IMG/VR virus record: IMGVR_UViG_3300031867_000021
Coordinates: 32,001-96,000 of that record
DNA: 64,000 bases
DNA from: a virus
Lineage: Duplodnaviria > Caudoviricetes
Strand: one strand, 5' to 3'
The notes under the pieces were generated by a model that had not been told where the DNA came from, ran no database searches, and saw nothing but the letters and a program-made list of their open reading frames with translations. Positions 45,401 to 53,260 of this stretch are shown here, piece after piece (the stretch's first letter is position 1; every line of letters begins with the position of its first letter). The position numbers and the translations under genes were made by a program.

Positions 45401-45894
45401 AGGCCCCGGAAGCAACCCGGCACCAGATCGTCATAATCCAGCGGTTCATCCAGCATATCCTCCTGCCCCTTGATCACGATCACGGCAGCAGCACCGCCAT
45501 AAAGCCTCGCCCAGCGCAGCGCATTGGTGATTTCCTGCTTCACGCTGTGCTTGGATTCCAGCTCAGCCAGCTCATCCAGCTTATCCTGATCAAGATTGGA
45601 GGAAATCGTATACCAGGAGCGGGTCATATCTTCACAGGGGGTGTCAATAATCCGCTTCGCGATCCAGTTTTCACGGTAAGCCACGGTCAGCGTCTCGTAA
45701 TCCCGGCTGATATAATTCCGCTCGAAATCGTTCGCCTGACTTAGTAATGAAGCTTCACCGAGATAGGCCAACCTGTTAATGAACCCGTCATTGGCAGACA
45801 GGATTTTCAGAGGCAACGCGCCACGCTTGGTCGCATCCGCGCCCTGATTCTGAATCTGTCTCGCACGAATGTTGCGTCTTTTTTTGCTCGACAT
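42484..45894 (-). CDS. Portal protein (DUF1073-type) fused to linker, tag and C-terminal GNAT-like effector (tagged effector 1)
   Basis: Y..NWIA.RIID.P.EDM.R, WARLYGG, IHHSR, AGAAEIP.TKL.GRSP.GMNATGESD..NYY; then WRTSEEGRHFKLETSTGEIKAGFGGKFNG; then DGDIVSV...GGNKLDAF..L..FY...GF.P. Confidence 0.88.
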   Translation of the reverse strand: MSSKKRRNIRARQIQNQGADATKRGALPLKILSANDGFINRLAYLGEASLLSQANDFERNYISRDYETLTVAYRENWIAKRIIDTPCEDMTRSWYTISSNLDQDKLDELAELESKHSVKQEITNALRWARLYGGAAAVIVIKGQEDMLDEPLDYDDLVPGCFRGLIVVDRTSGLDPSVELEEDMDDIEFGYPKYYTVRLNNETNQTMRIHHSRLLMFRGRMLPIMEEVSESYWGASELEHVYEELQKRNATSANIAQLVFQANVGVLKMADFGEIMGMGTEKQKQAIIESIEEENRYRNSFGMMIMGSQDGYEQHPYSFSGLSEIYESFMMDMAGAAEIPATKLYGRSPQGMNATGESDMKNYYEMLAQLQERNLRPAIEKLLPVMCMSLWGKIPDGMHVVFEPLQVTTPSERANIISQVTGTVINAFSAGLISQQTALIELQKSGKDVGAWGSITDEIVESAETEVDQGEGMGDPMGGMMGGMGPGGPEGPEGPDGGPGGGMDPMAAMGGMMPPEEGPEEEKPEATEEKPEVKPEERPEKPEMKPEQKPVSKPEAEPAEKPEEEPKATQKSVPAEAQNEPKEQAEQENDQTPARKPEEAREGKEPNSGVIDWVRKKVKSLIGRDKPDYSGFSDQRVRLIKQYAADHSREQTAKFVQNLFSIDAEAWRTSEEGRHFKLETSTGEIKAGFGGKFNGKKLGEQWGSGSGSKARAKGTKVAAPPKVTPPKAKMPDIPVSFSKYSDGSEKKAATIKTELRDYENARKNAKKVLENPAVDLDEADNALNNLANSVQYSDEWNQARNGEIRATNEFGLKSVPAQWAERLTPREQDILANITEEYSDVPFAQEEKWESDHPEAVIARIQLQAKLLGAEIETNFSDDLLEKYAGVEKRVEVPGQQSMFWGENVPMAPVAREPETQYNAGGENTSESIVNQNNSAYNGSGTGSGRTKAPLNPDNFQQTEPQKFYDTFHAAKKAVQDVQPDKSWRVDGTYSVEDYAKMQCFTTKGGSAVAVHDGDIVSVCKHPGDRGVTGSQLLEFARMKGGNKLDAFGGLYEFYTKNGFEPTSYCEFADIEGIRPPDWDRTRDQKEPVVFFKYTGRSREEIWKAHGKNCDEYVASHKPEEDYSKAKKIRDDSMEV

Positions 45895-45912
45895 CGCGCA
45901 TCACCTCCGTTT

Positions 45913-47160
45913 TTACTTGAAATATCCTGCCTTATCCACCAACCGGGCACAACAGGCCGCCGAGTCCGGCGCGTCATCATGCTCCGCATCCTCGGTATAA
46001 TCCAGAATCTGCGCCAGATATTCCGGGTCGGTTCCATCCAGCCATTTGATATTCGGCCACCATTTCCGCAGGTAGCTCGAAATCTTCACGTACTTATTGT
46101 CGGACTCATGATATCCATGGGGATATCTCTCTCTCCGGCGAATTTCCTTTCTCAGGAAACCCTTATCGGAGTTATCCTCCACGTGAATCGGGTAACATCT
46201 GAGCCGGTCGCATTCCGCAATGATCGCATCCAGCACGGTGTCCACATGCTTCTGCCAGAGCCGGCCATACATATAAACCGTATCGCCAACTCTTCTGGCA
46301 CAGGTCAGCGCTGTGTAGTCCTCGCCGCCGTAGGCCGCATCCACATGGGCAAAGCCATCGAACAGATTCTGCTCATCCTTGAAGAACTCCGGTGACTGAG
46401 TGAACAGAGCGTTCTCGGAAGCGATATGCCGCAGCTCGTAGTTCGCCGCAAACAGAGAAGGGGTCATGTCCCGGCGGAGCTGAGCGATTTTCTCTTCCGT
46501 CAGCATCCCCGTCCGGCGATAATCCCAAATCTCCGGCTTCGGCATGATCGTGAAGGCATCTTCCTTATGCCAGGGCGTTCCGGTATTGATAATCCGGCCG
46601 CCAGGATTCCGCACATTCTGCAGTTCCTGATAAACGGCTTTCGTATGTTCCCGTTCGGCCTTGGAGACTCGGTCTTTCAGGTTGACAATATCGTCCGTGA
46701 TGACGATATCCGCATGCTTACCGGTCAGAGAACCGGAAATACCCATGCCGAGGAGCTGCGAAGCCCCTCTCGGCGCAGAATAGCAGGAAGTCGTGATTTC
46801 GTTCGCGGTCGCCCGCAGGACTACCAGCGGAAATCCGGTCAGAGCCATGTAAATCTGCTGAAAGATATCTGAATTCAGGATCCGGTTCACGTTCTTGATG
46901 ACTTCCGTCACGTCCGTGTCCGTCTTCCTCAAGAAGATGACGTTCCTGTCCCGGTTCCGAATGATAATCAGCGAAATCGCAATGCACAGGCAGGTCGTTT
47001 TATATGAACCACGGTGCGCCTGCAGCGTGAAATCTTCCTCCCCGGCAACCATATGCCGAATCCATCGGTCATGCATCTCATTCAGGTTGGAATAACCGAG
47101 CGCCTTGCCAAGGGCCATCGGGTGAGCGATAAACCACGCCGCTTTTTCCCTCTGCGTCAC
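45913..47160 (-). CDS. terL: Terminase large subunit
   Basis: AHRGSYKT Walker A, TGKHAD..ITDD Walker B, GTPWH..D, HVDAAYGGEDYTA, HDDAPDS nuclease motifs. Confidence 0.92.
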   Translation of the reverse strand: MTQREKAAWFIAHPMALGKALGYSNLNEMHDRWIRHMVAGEEDFTLQAHRGSYKTTCLCIAISLIIIRNRDRNVIFLRKTDTDVTEVIKNVNRILNSDIFQQIYMALTGFPLVVLRATANEITTSCYSAPRGASQLLGMGISGSLTGKHADIVITDDIVNLKDRVSKAEREHTKAVYQELQNVRNPGGRIINTGTPWHKEDAFTIMPKPEIWDYRRTGMLTEEKIAQLRRDMTPSLFAANYELRHIASENALFTQSPEFFKDEQNLFDGFAHVDAAYGGEDYTALTCARRVGDTVYMYGRLWQKHVDTVLDAIIAECDRLRCYPIHVEDNSDKGFLRKEIRRRERYPHGYHESDNKYVKISSYLRKWWPNIKWLDGTDPEYLAQILDYTEDAEHDDAPDSAACCARLVDKAGYFK

Positions 47161-47672
47161 TTGGCATCGCTCCCGTCTTGGCTGCTGAGCTGTGCAAAGG
47201 CATCATCCAGGGCAGAATAACCGCTGATGCCCTGCTTCAGGCTCTCTTTTTCGACCTCCAGCTTCTGCTGTTCGATGAGCATCTTCGGATCCTGTCCAAG
47301 AACCTCAAGAACCTTTTCAGCCGCCCGGGTATCCCCTTTCTGCGCCTTCTGCGACAGAGCAACAGCGGTCACTACGGCATTGGTGATGTTGTCCGTCTCC
47401 GGGTTCATTCCGTAATGAATCAACTGGTCTCTGACGGCGTTGGACAGTTGGGGCTTGCTTCCCCAAACCATTTCCAGAATGCTTCGGAAGCTTCTTTCTT
47501 CCCTGCGAACCTGCTGTGACCTTTTGCCACCCTTGGATTGAGCTTTTCTCGCCTCCGGGTCGCCACTCTTGAACTGAGTCTTGACGCCCTTCTTCAGGTT
47601 TTCATTGCTCTTCTTCCGGCTCGCTGCCACCACTTCCGGGGGCTTCTTCTTAGTCGCGCCCACGATGATCAC
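47157..47672 (-). CDS. terS: Terminase small subunit
   Basis: ENLK....F......R....KGG..S...R; KA.KGDTRAA; coupled to terL. Confidence 0.75.
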   Translation of the reverse strand: MIIVGATKKKPPEVVAASRKKSNENLKKGVKTQFKSGDPEARKAQSKGGKRSQQVRREERSFRSILEMVWGSKPQLSNAVRDQLIHYGMNPETDNITNAVVTAVALSQKAQKGDTRAAEKVLEVLGQDPKMLIEQQKLEVEKESLKQGISGYSALDDAFAQLSSQDGSDAK

Positions 47673-48702
47673 CCGGCCTTAACCACTGCCGCTCAACCTC
47701 ATGAGCAACCCTCGCCATCATGAGGGGCGGAACGCTCATTCCGCAGACATACTGAACAGGTTGGTCGATGAAGTCATAATCCTGCGGGAAAGTCTGCACA
47801 TTCACAAAATCCTGAGCGCTCAGCCCTTCGCCATCAGCCATCCGGTAATAGCTTCCTCCGCTGGCAATGGTTCCACATACCTGCTCATCATGCCAGATGT
47901 AATTGGTGAAGCCCTTATTCTTTCCGAACAGCCGTTCGTTGATATCGGACAGCCTGTAGTCCGTTGGCTTTCTCGCATCCAGGAGCGCCTTGATGCGAGA
48001 TCCTTCCTTCAGCGGGATCCCATGTTCTGAGCGAACCTCCCTGAACTTAATGGGGCGCTCGTTGAAGGAAAGCTTAATCCTCGGATAATCCAGATCATCC
48101 CTGTGCGCCACAAAGAACACTCTCTCCCGCCTCTGGGGAACTCCCATGGTCGCGCCATTCAGCAGGAACATCTGCGGCTCGTACCCGGCCGCCCGAAACG
48201 CCTTGAAGATTTCGTTGACATAACCCCGGGCATTCCCGGTGGTCAGCCCCTTCACATTCTCGGCGATGACAACCTTCGGCTTCAGCTTCTGAGCGATCTT
48301 AATGAACCAGAAGAACAGATCGTCAAGCCGCTGCATCTTCTGGCCTTCGCGGAACTGCTTCTCTGTGTTCCAGCCTTTCTCGCGCTCTCCAGCAGAGCTG
48401 AACACAGAGCAAGGCGGACTTCCATCCAGGATATCCAGATTGAACAGTTCGGGCGGGAGCTTGTCGTCTTCAATCGCTCCGAAATCCCGAACGTCCATGT
48501 TGTAGTTGAACTTCGGATGATGATTTGCGACATAGATTTTGTTCATGGCATGGTCTATCTCGCAATTTCCAATCACCGTGTATCCCGCGAGCTTATATCC
48601 CATGGAACTACCGCCGCCGCAGGAGAAACACGAAAAAACGTTGAGGCCGTTTTTCTCTACGTCAGGCAGATCCTTGAGATACCATTTCCAGTTAAGCTTC
48701 AC
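47650..48702 (-). CDS. DNA (cytosine-5) methyltransferase
   Basis: FSCGGG (I), GSPPCS (IV), ENVKG (VI), PQRRERVF (VIII), FPQDY.F, GMSVPP (X). Confidence 0.92.
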   Translation of the reverse strand: MKLNWKWYLKDLPDVEKNGLNVFSCFSCGGGSSMGYKLAGYTVIGNCEIDHAMNKIYVANHHPKFNYNMDVRDFGAIEDDKLPPELFNLDILDGSPPCSVFSSAGEREKGWNTEKQFREGQKMQRLDDLFFWFIKIAQKLKPKVVIAENVKGLTTGNARGYVNEIFKAFRAAGYEPQMFLLNGATMGVPQRRERVFFVAHRDDLDYPRIKLSFNERPIKFREVRSEHGIPLKEGSRIKALLDARKPTDYRLSDINERLFGKNKGFTNYIWHDEQVCGTIASGGSYYRMADGEGLSAQDFVNVQTFPQDYDFIDQPVQYVCGMSVPPLMMARVAHEVERQWLRPGDHRGRD

Positions 48703-49174
48703 TGAAATGGAACCCGCATTCCGGACACTCATATTCGAAGGCCTCATCTCCGAAATCGTCCTCGTTGAATTCCATGCTGGTATCAATGCGCTCGTTACGC
48801 TCGGCTTTCTCGTTCTCGAAACCGAACTGCAGCATATCGATATCATCACCGATAAAGTCCATGGCTTCGGTCAGCAGCGGCTCATCCCAGACAGCCATCT
48901 CAGCCACCCGGTTATCAACGAGCCGGAACGCCCTGATTTCGTCCTCCGTGAGATCGTCCGCTGTGACCGTCGGCACTTCCTTGAGTCCCAGCTTCCGGGC
49001 CGCCAGAGCTCTGGTGTGACCCGCCACAATGACGTTGTCCTTATCCAGGATGATCGGATTCAGGAAGCCGAACATCTGAATACTGGCAGCCACCTTATCC
49101 ACAGCCTTCTCCACGTCTCTCGGATTGCGGATATATGGCGTGATTTCATCCAGCGATCTGTAAACGATATTCAT
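48692..49174 (-). CDS. ParB N-terminal-domain protein with C-terminal Zn ribbon
   Basis: PY.RNPR...SI..FGF..PI...IVAGHTR..AA..LG...DN; CPECG. Confidence 0.85.
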   Translation of the reverse strand: MNIVYRSLDEITPYIRNPRDVEKAVDKVAASIQMFGFLNPIILDKDNVIVAGHTRALAARKLGLKEVPTVTADDLTEDEIRAFRLVDNRVAEMAVWDEPLLTEAMDFIGDDIDMLQFGFENEKAERNERIDTSMEFNEDDFGDEAFEYECPECGFHFSEA

Positions 49175-49710
49175 TCCAGATCACCTTCCTCTTCATCCTG
49201 CCAGCCGTCTTCCTCAAAATCGGCCACGTTATACTCCACGGCTTTCTTCCGGGGAATTCTGGCGCCGCACTTCGGGCAGATCACCCACTGGGGATCCTTG
49301 GTCTGCTTCTTGTCCTTGTCTTTCTTTGCCTTGACATCAAAGCCGAAAACAGACATATCGAAGGATCCCATGAGGCTGTCCAGCTCGGAAATCAGAAGCC
49401 CGGTATCCCATGAGGCGAACTCGCCCGTCTTGTTATCAGCGAGCTGGAACGCTTTCAGCTGCTTCTCGGTCAGTTGGTCGGCCACCACGCACGGAACTTC
49501 ATCCATGCCCAGCTCAATCGCGGCCATTAAACGGGTATGCCCCGCGGCCACATGCCCTTCCGCATCGATCACAATCGGCACCCTGAACCCGAACGCTTCA
49601 ATAGAAGCCTTGACCCCCGGAACAGCCGCGTCATTTTTTCGCGGATTGTTTGGGTCTGGAATCAGGTCCGTCACGTGCCAGTTCGTGACCTCAATCCTTT
49701 CCTGTCTCAT
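49171..49710 (-). CDS. ParB N-terminal-domain protein with Zn ribbon
   Basis: NPRKND.AV...SI..FGF.VPI...AGHTR...ADNK; CPKCG. Confidence 0.85.
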   Translation of the reverse strand: MRQERIEVTNWHVTDLIPDPNNPRKNDAAVPGVKASIEAFGFRVPIVIDAEGHVAAGHTRLMAAIELGMDEVPCVVADQLTEKQLKAFQLADNKTGEFASWDTGLLISELDSLMGSFDMSVFGFDVKAKKDKDKKQTKDPQWVICPKCGARIPRKKAVEYNVADFEEDGWQDEEEGDLE

Positions 49711-49795
49711 TTTTGCCTCCTAACAGTCCTTTTGGATAACAAAAAACTCCGCGATTGGTGAATCCGCGGAGTGCGTCGCCGGAAATCCGGCATCA

Positions 49796-50686
49796 TCAGT
49801 GATTATCGATTGAGATTACGGTCAGAACAGTGTACCCGGCTCCAATCAGCAGCTCGCGCATTGCCTTAACCGTCTGGCCCGTCGTCAGGATATCATCATA
49901 AAGGATGACGTTCTTTTCCTTGGGCCATTTCTGGATGGTGAAAGTTGGATCAATCCGCATCCGGTTTTTGCAGGTCGCCGCATCGGCATAGAATGGAATT
50001 CTAAGCTCCTGCGCTATATATTCACAGACAGCGGTCGCGAAGTGAAAGCCTTCCGCGTGCCGCCGTCTCGGAGAAGTCATCAGACACCAGCCGGATTCTG
50101 ACAGGTTGCCGCCGATTGACGCCCGGATAAAATCCAGGGCGCCTTCCGCAATGAACGGGACGTTGTTCTCAACCTTGATTGCCTCAAGCGGAACACCCTT
50201 ATTGCCTGTCTTCATCAGGCATTGGTAATATTCGCCGTTTGATTTTCTGACCGCCACTCTATCCGACAGGTCGCAGCGCTTTTTGGTTTCGGCCCATTTC
50301 TTTTCCTTCTTGATATCGCCAGAGAAGTCAAAGTCAAAATCAAGCTCTCCCAGATCCAGATCCATCAGCTCTCCAGCCAACAGATCCTTATCCCATGCCG
50401 CATACTCGGAAGTCTTATTATCAATTAGCCTGTATTCCCGAATCTGTTCTTCCGTCAGGTTCTCCACGACAACACACGGAACTTCTTTCAGGCCAAGCTT
50501 TTTCGCCGCCTGATAACGAGTGTGCCCATTGATGATTGTGCCATCTTTTGTAACCTGAATAGGCGAACGAAACCCATATTCCTTGATTGAGGCCGCTACC
50601 GGGTCAACCGCATCTTTGTTTTTACGAGGATTGTGCTTATAGGGGTGTATCTCATCAATCTTTCTGTAGACGATTTTTTCCGGCAT
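49796..50686 (-). CDS. ParB N-terminal domain fused to a phosphoribosyltransferase-like domain
   Basis: NPRKN...GHTR...DNK, then VILYDDILTTGQT PRPP-binding motif. Confidence 0.8.
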   Translation of the reverse strand: MPEKIVYRKIDEIHPYKHNPRKNKDAVDPVAASIKEYGFRSPIQVTKDGTIINGHTRYQAAKKLGLKEVPCVVVENLTEEQIREYRLIDNKTSEYAAWDKDLLAGELMDLDLGELDFDFDFSGDIKKEKKWAETKKRCDLSDRVAVRKSNGEYYQCLMKTGNKGVPLEAIKVENNVPFIAEGALDFIRASIGGNLSESGWCLMTSPRRRHAEGFHFATAVCEYIAQELRIPFYADAATCKNRMRIDPTFTIQKWPKEKNVILYDDILTTGQTVKAMRELLIGAGYTVLTVISIDNH

Positions 50687-50773
50687 TATCAGCCCACCCC
50701 CACAGAAGAAAACAGACAATGAAAAACCGCAGGAACTTCATCCTGCGGCCTCCCTACACTTCTTGCCGATTAT

Positions 50774-50802
50774 ATTTTAGCACAAGGTTTCCAGCCCGTC
50801 AA
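50774..50802 (-). promoter_or_regulatory. Late-operon promoter TTGACG-N17-TAAAAT (extended -10)
   Basis: -35 50802-50797, -10 50779-50774. Confidence 0.65.
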
Positions 50803-50866
50803 TACGCCATTTTCATGCCAAATTCGTGCCAGAATCGTGCCAAAAACGTGCCAAATTTGTGCCAAG
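50803..50866. repeat. Six 11-bp-phased direct repeats with core (T/C)GCCA, candidate late-activator sites
   Basis: Cores at 50805, 50816, 50827, 50838, 50849, 50860. Confidence 0.8.
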
Positions 50867-50867
50867 C

Positions 50868-51035
50868 TTATTTTTTTGAAAGTTCTTGAACTAAATCCAG
50901 CTTTTCAAGCCCACCGTTTTTTAAGGTCTCCCGAACCAGAACAATTTTGCCATAGGCGTTCAGCGTGCTCACAATGATCATGTCCAGTGTTACGCCACCT
51001 ACCACGATTGTCATCAGAATCTGCCACCATTCCAT
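50868..51035 (-). CDS. Small membrane protein
   Basis: MEWWQILMTIVVGG... single TM, AGGAGG RBS. Confidence 0.55.
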   Translation of the reverse strand: MEWWQILMTIVVGGVTLDMIIVSTLNAYGKIVLVRETLKNGGLEKLDLVQELSKK

Positions 51036-51157
51036 TTTTTGTTCCCTCCTGATTTTTGTGGGAAACCAGCGTCCCTTCCCAAGCTCGCTTTCGCTCACGC
51101 AACTACCGCCGATTTTACGTCAGTGCTCGAACAGGCTCACCGCAACCCATGAATTAC

Positions 51158-51661
51158 TTAAGCAGCCATTGCATATATCTTTTCCATGGCCCGATCATAA
51201 ATCCGTTGAACAGACCTCTTGGAACAGGCTTCCTCCCCGTACTGGCTTTTGAACGCAAAAACGATTTTCGCCCAGGGTTGATCATCAAAAACCTTCTGCT
51301 CCACAGCCAGCTTCTCCCGCTCTGACAGGCCTTCCAGCCACTTGCCCACGCAGGAAACAAGAATCTCCGTCCTCTGCATTTCACCCTGAATTTTGGCGAT
51401 TTCCTCTTCCACCTGCTTCACAAAGGGCGTGACCTTGCCCATCGCGATATCCAGCGCGAGATTTCCGACCGGATCCCCGACGGAGGTTCCATGAGGCATC
51501 CCCGTGATGGCCTGACTCATAGACACCCGGTCGCTTATCATCTCCCGCTTGTTTTCATCCAGGGCTTTTTTCAGGATATCAACCTGCGCCTGCAGATACT
51601 CATGCCTTGCGAGCGTCTGTTTATAATTCTTCAGCATTTCATCAACGGCTTCCCGGGTCAT
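51158..51661 (-). CDS. ArpU/RinA-family late transcriptional activator
   Basis: L..Y......coiled coil...S..ITGMP.G...DP; C-terminal sigma-r4-like HTH; position before packaging genes. Confidence 0.75.
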   Translation of the reverse strand: MTREAVDEMLKNYKQTLARHEYLQAQVDILKKALDENKREMISDRVSMSQAITGMPHGTSVGDPVGNLALDIAMGKVTPFVKQVEEEIAKIQGEMQRTEILVSCVGKWLEGLSEREKLAVEQKVFDDQPWAKIVFAFKSQYGEEACSKRSVQRIYDRAMEKIYAMAA

Positions 51662-51683
51662 GCTTGCTTTCCTCCCCTACGCC

Positions 51684-52160
51684 TTAAAAAGGCAGTTCAT
51701 CATCAGGTATCTGAACTTCCTGGAATCCTACCTGTTTCGGCTGAGCAGCCGGCGCAGGATTCTGAGAAGCCGGCATCTGAGTGGTCTGCACAGCTGTGGG
51801 AGCAGCACTCTGAGGAACCGTCTGCGACTGCCCATCCCCCTGATCCCTTGAAGAAAGGAACTCCACCTCATTGGCCAGAACCTCCAAACTTGCCGCTGCC
51901 TTGTGATCCTGAGTCTCATAAGCTCTCGCGCTCACCGGACCAACAACACACACCTTTCTCCCCTTTGACAGATATTTCGCGCAATTTTCACCGAGCTGGC
52001 CCCATGCGGCCACCCGAAAGAAGTCCGCATCATGCGACCCGTCTTGATTGACCTTCCGGCGGCTGACCGCCACAGAGAAGTTGCAAACCGTATCTCCGCT
52101 TGTCAAAGTCCTAACTTCAGGATCTCTCGTAAGATTTCCGATAATCATCAATCGATTCAC
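51684..52160 (-). CDS. ssb: Single-stranded DNA-binding protein
   Basis: IGNLTRDPE, F.VAV.R, YL.KG.KV.V.G, DDELPF tail. Confidence 0.95.
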   Translation of the reverse strand: MNRLMIIGNLTRDPEVRTLTSGDTVCNFSVAVSRRKVNQDGSHDADFFRVAAWGQLGENCAKYLSKGRKVCVVGPVSARAYETQDHKAAASLEVLANEVEFLSSRDQGDGQSQTVPQSAAPTAVQTTQMPASQNPAPAAQPKQVGFQEVQIPDDELPF

Positions 52161-52208
52161 GAATCATTCCTCCGTTTTTCATTGAGTTTTGCCGAAACAA
52201 CAAGCTGC

Positions 52209-52520
52209 TTAAATACTGTGCATTTCATCACAATCTTGCTTCATGCCGCAACGGATGCACAGCATTCCGTCAAACGATCCGATTGCCCGACACCTGTTGA
52301 ACAGCACTCTGCATAAATCTTTGAGCTTGTCAGTCTCACTCGGCGCTTCTTTCCGTTCCTCCACCGGCTTCAGAGGACAATTCGGAAAGCGCTTTGTGCT
52401 TCGGTCGAATGAATAACCCCTGTCCTGATGAAGCGCCCAGCAATACGGATAATCCCTACCGTCATCAGAGAACGGGCAATCAAAACAGCTTTGAGGCATC
52501 TGAATGTTTATCTGAATCAT
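52209..52520 (-). CDS. Hypothetical Cys-rich phage protein
   Basis: MP.SC.DCPF...CPL motif. Confidence 0.65.
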   Translation of the reverse strand: MIQINIQMPQSCFDCPFSDDGRDYPYCWALHQDRGYSFDRSTKRFPNCPLKPVEERKEAPSETDKLKDLCRVLFNRCRAIGSFDGMLCIRCGMKQDCDEMHSI

Positions 52521-52538
52521 TCCGCTTTTCTCCTTCGC

Positions 52539-52793
52539 TTAACCATCGCTTGCCACAGTCTTTGATTCATGGGCTTCACAGTTTTCCCTCTCCGCGCCCT
52601 CAATGGCCCAGCCCAGATATACAAGAGCCTTTTTCAGATCCTGTATTCCGTCTTTTTTCCGCCACCTGCTGATATACTTGATCACATTCCCGACGCAATA
52701 TTCCGTGAAACCTTCCGCCGTGAGTTTATCCCGAATATAGTCAATACATTCAATTTTCCCGGCATAATGTCCAGGATGATTTACTGCATCCAT
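52539..52793 (-). CDS. DUF3310 protein
   Basis: VNHP.HY...IECIDYI...GNVIKY..R...K...QDL.KA..YL. Confidence 0.85.
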   Translation of the reverse strand: MDAVNHPGHYAGKIECIDYIRDKLTAEGFTEYCVGNVIKYISRWRKKDGIQDLKKALVYLGWAIEGAERENCEAHESKTVASDG

Positions 52794-52794
52794 A

Positions 52795-53247
52795 TCAATC
52801 TTCCTCCCTGATGAACTGACCAAACTTTTTACGATAAACCGCGATCATGTTTGGGAACGGCGCGTTGTATTTCGCTCCGCCGAACTTCAACCGTCCCTTG
52901 ATGAACCTGATTTCCGCTTTCCCGATCACATAATCATGAAACCATCTTGTATCTGTTCTGGCCGGAATCAGCATCACAATCACTTCCGCATTGTTCCGCT
53001 CTTCGTAGGCCTTCCTGACCCACTCATCCAAAGCGGGACCATAAGGCGGATTCACGAATACCCGGTACCCTCCCCACGGCTGCTTCAAACCGTCTTCCTT
53101 GCTCGTGTAATGATTCCTGCACAGAGCATTCGAGTCCGTGGAAGCCGGATCCAGATCAAAATGGAATTCCTTATCGAGCTGACTGAACAGTCCAGCCGGA
53201 GTGCTCCACTCAGACGTTTTGCTCGCCGCCATATAACCGCCGCTCAA
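52795..53247 (-). CDS. Phage DNA N6-adenine methyltransferase (Dam family)
   Basis: W.TP...F.LDP...DGL.Q.W...VFVNPPY...LIPARTDT.WFH...IRF.KGRLKF. Confidence 0.9.
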   Translation of the reverse strand: MSGGYMAASKTSEWSTPAGLFSQLDKEFHFDLDPASTDSNALCRNHYTSKEDGLKQPWGGYRVFVNPPYGPALDEWVRKAYEERNNAEVIVMLIPARTDTRWFHDYVIGKAEIRFIKGRLKFGGAKYNAPFPNMIAVYRKKFGQFIREED

Positions 53248-53260
53248 TCGCTCTTCCCTC

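Noticed and set aside
44488-45744. Long plus-strand ORFs (e.g. 44488-45744, 56483-57811, 48539-49723, 27954-28868, 1118-2206)
   Set aside because: They are antisense shadows of well-supported minus-strand genes, with no RBS or recognisable motifs.
42484-45894. Anti-CBASS Acb1 label sometimes attached to DUF1073 proteins
   Set aside because: Position after terL and the motifs indicate a portal; no paired HxT phosphoesterase motifs recognised in the extension.
50803-50866. Short repeat array as a possible CRISPR
   Set aside because: 11-bp period with no unique spacers and no cas genes.
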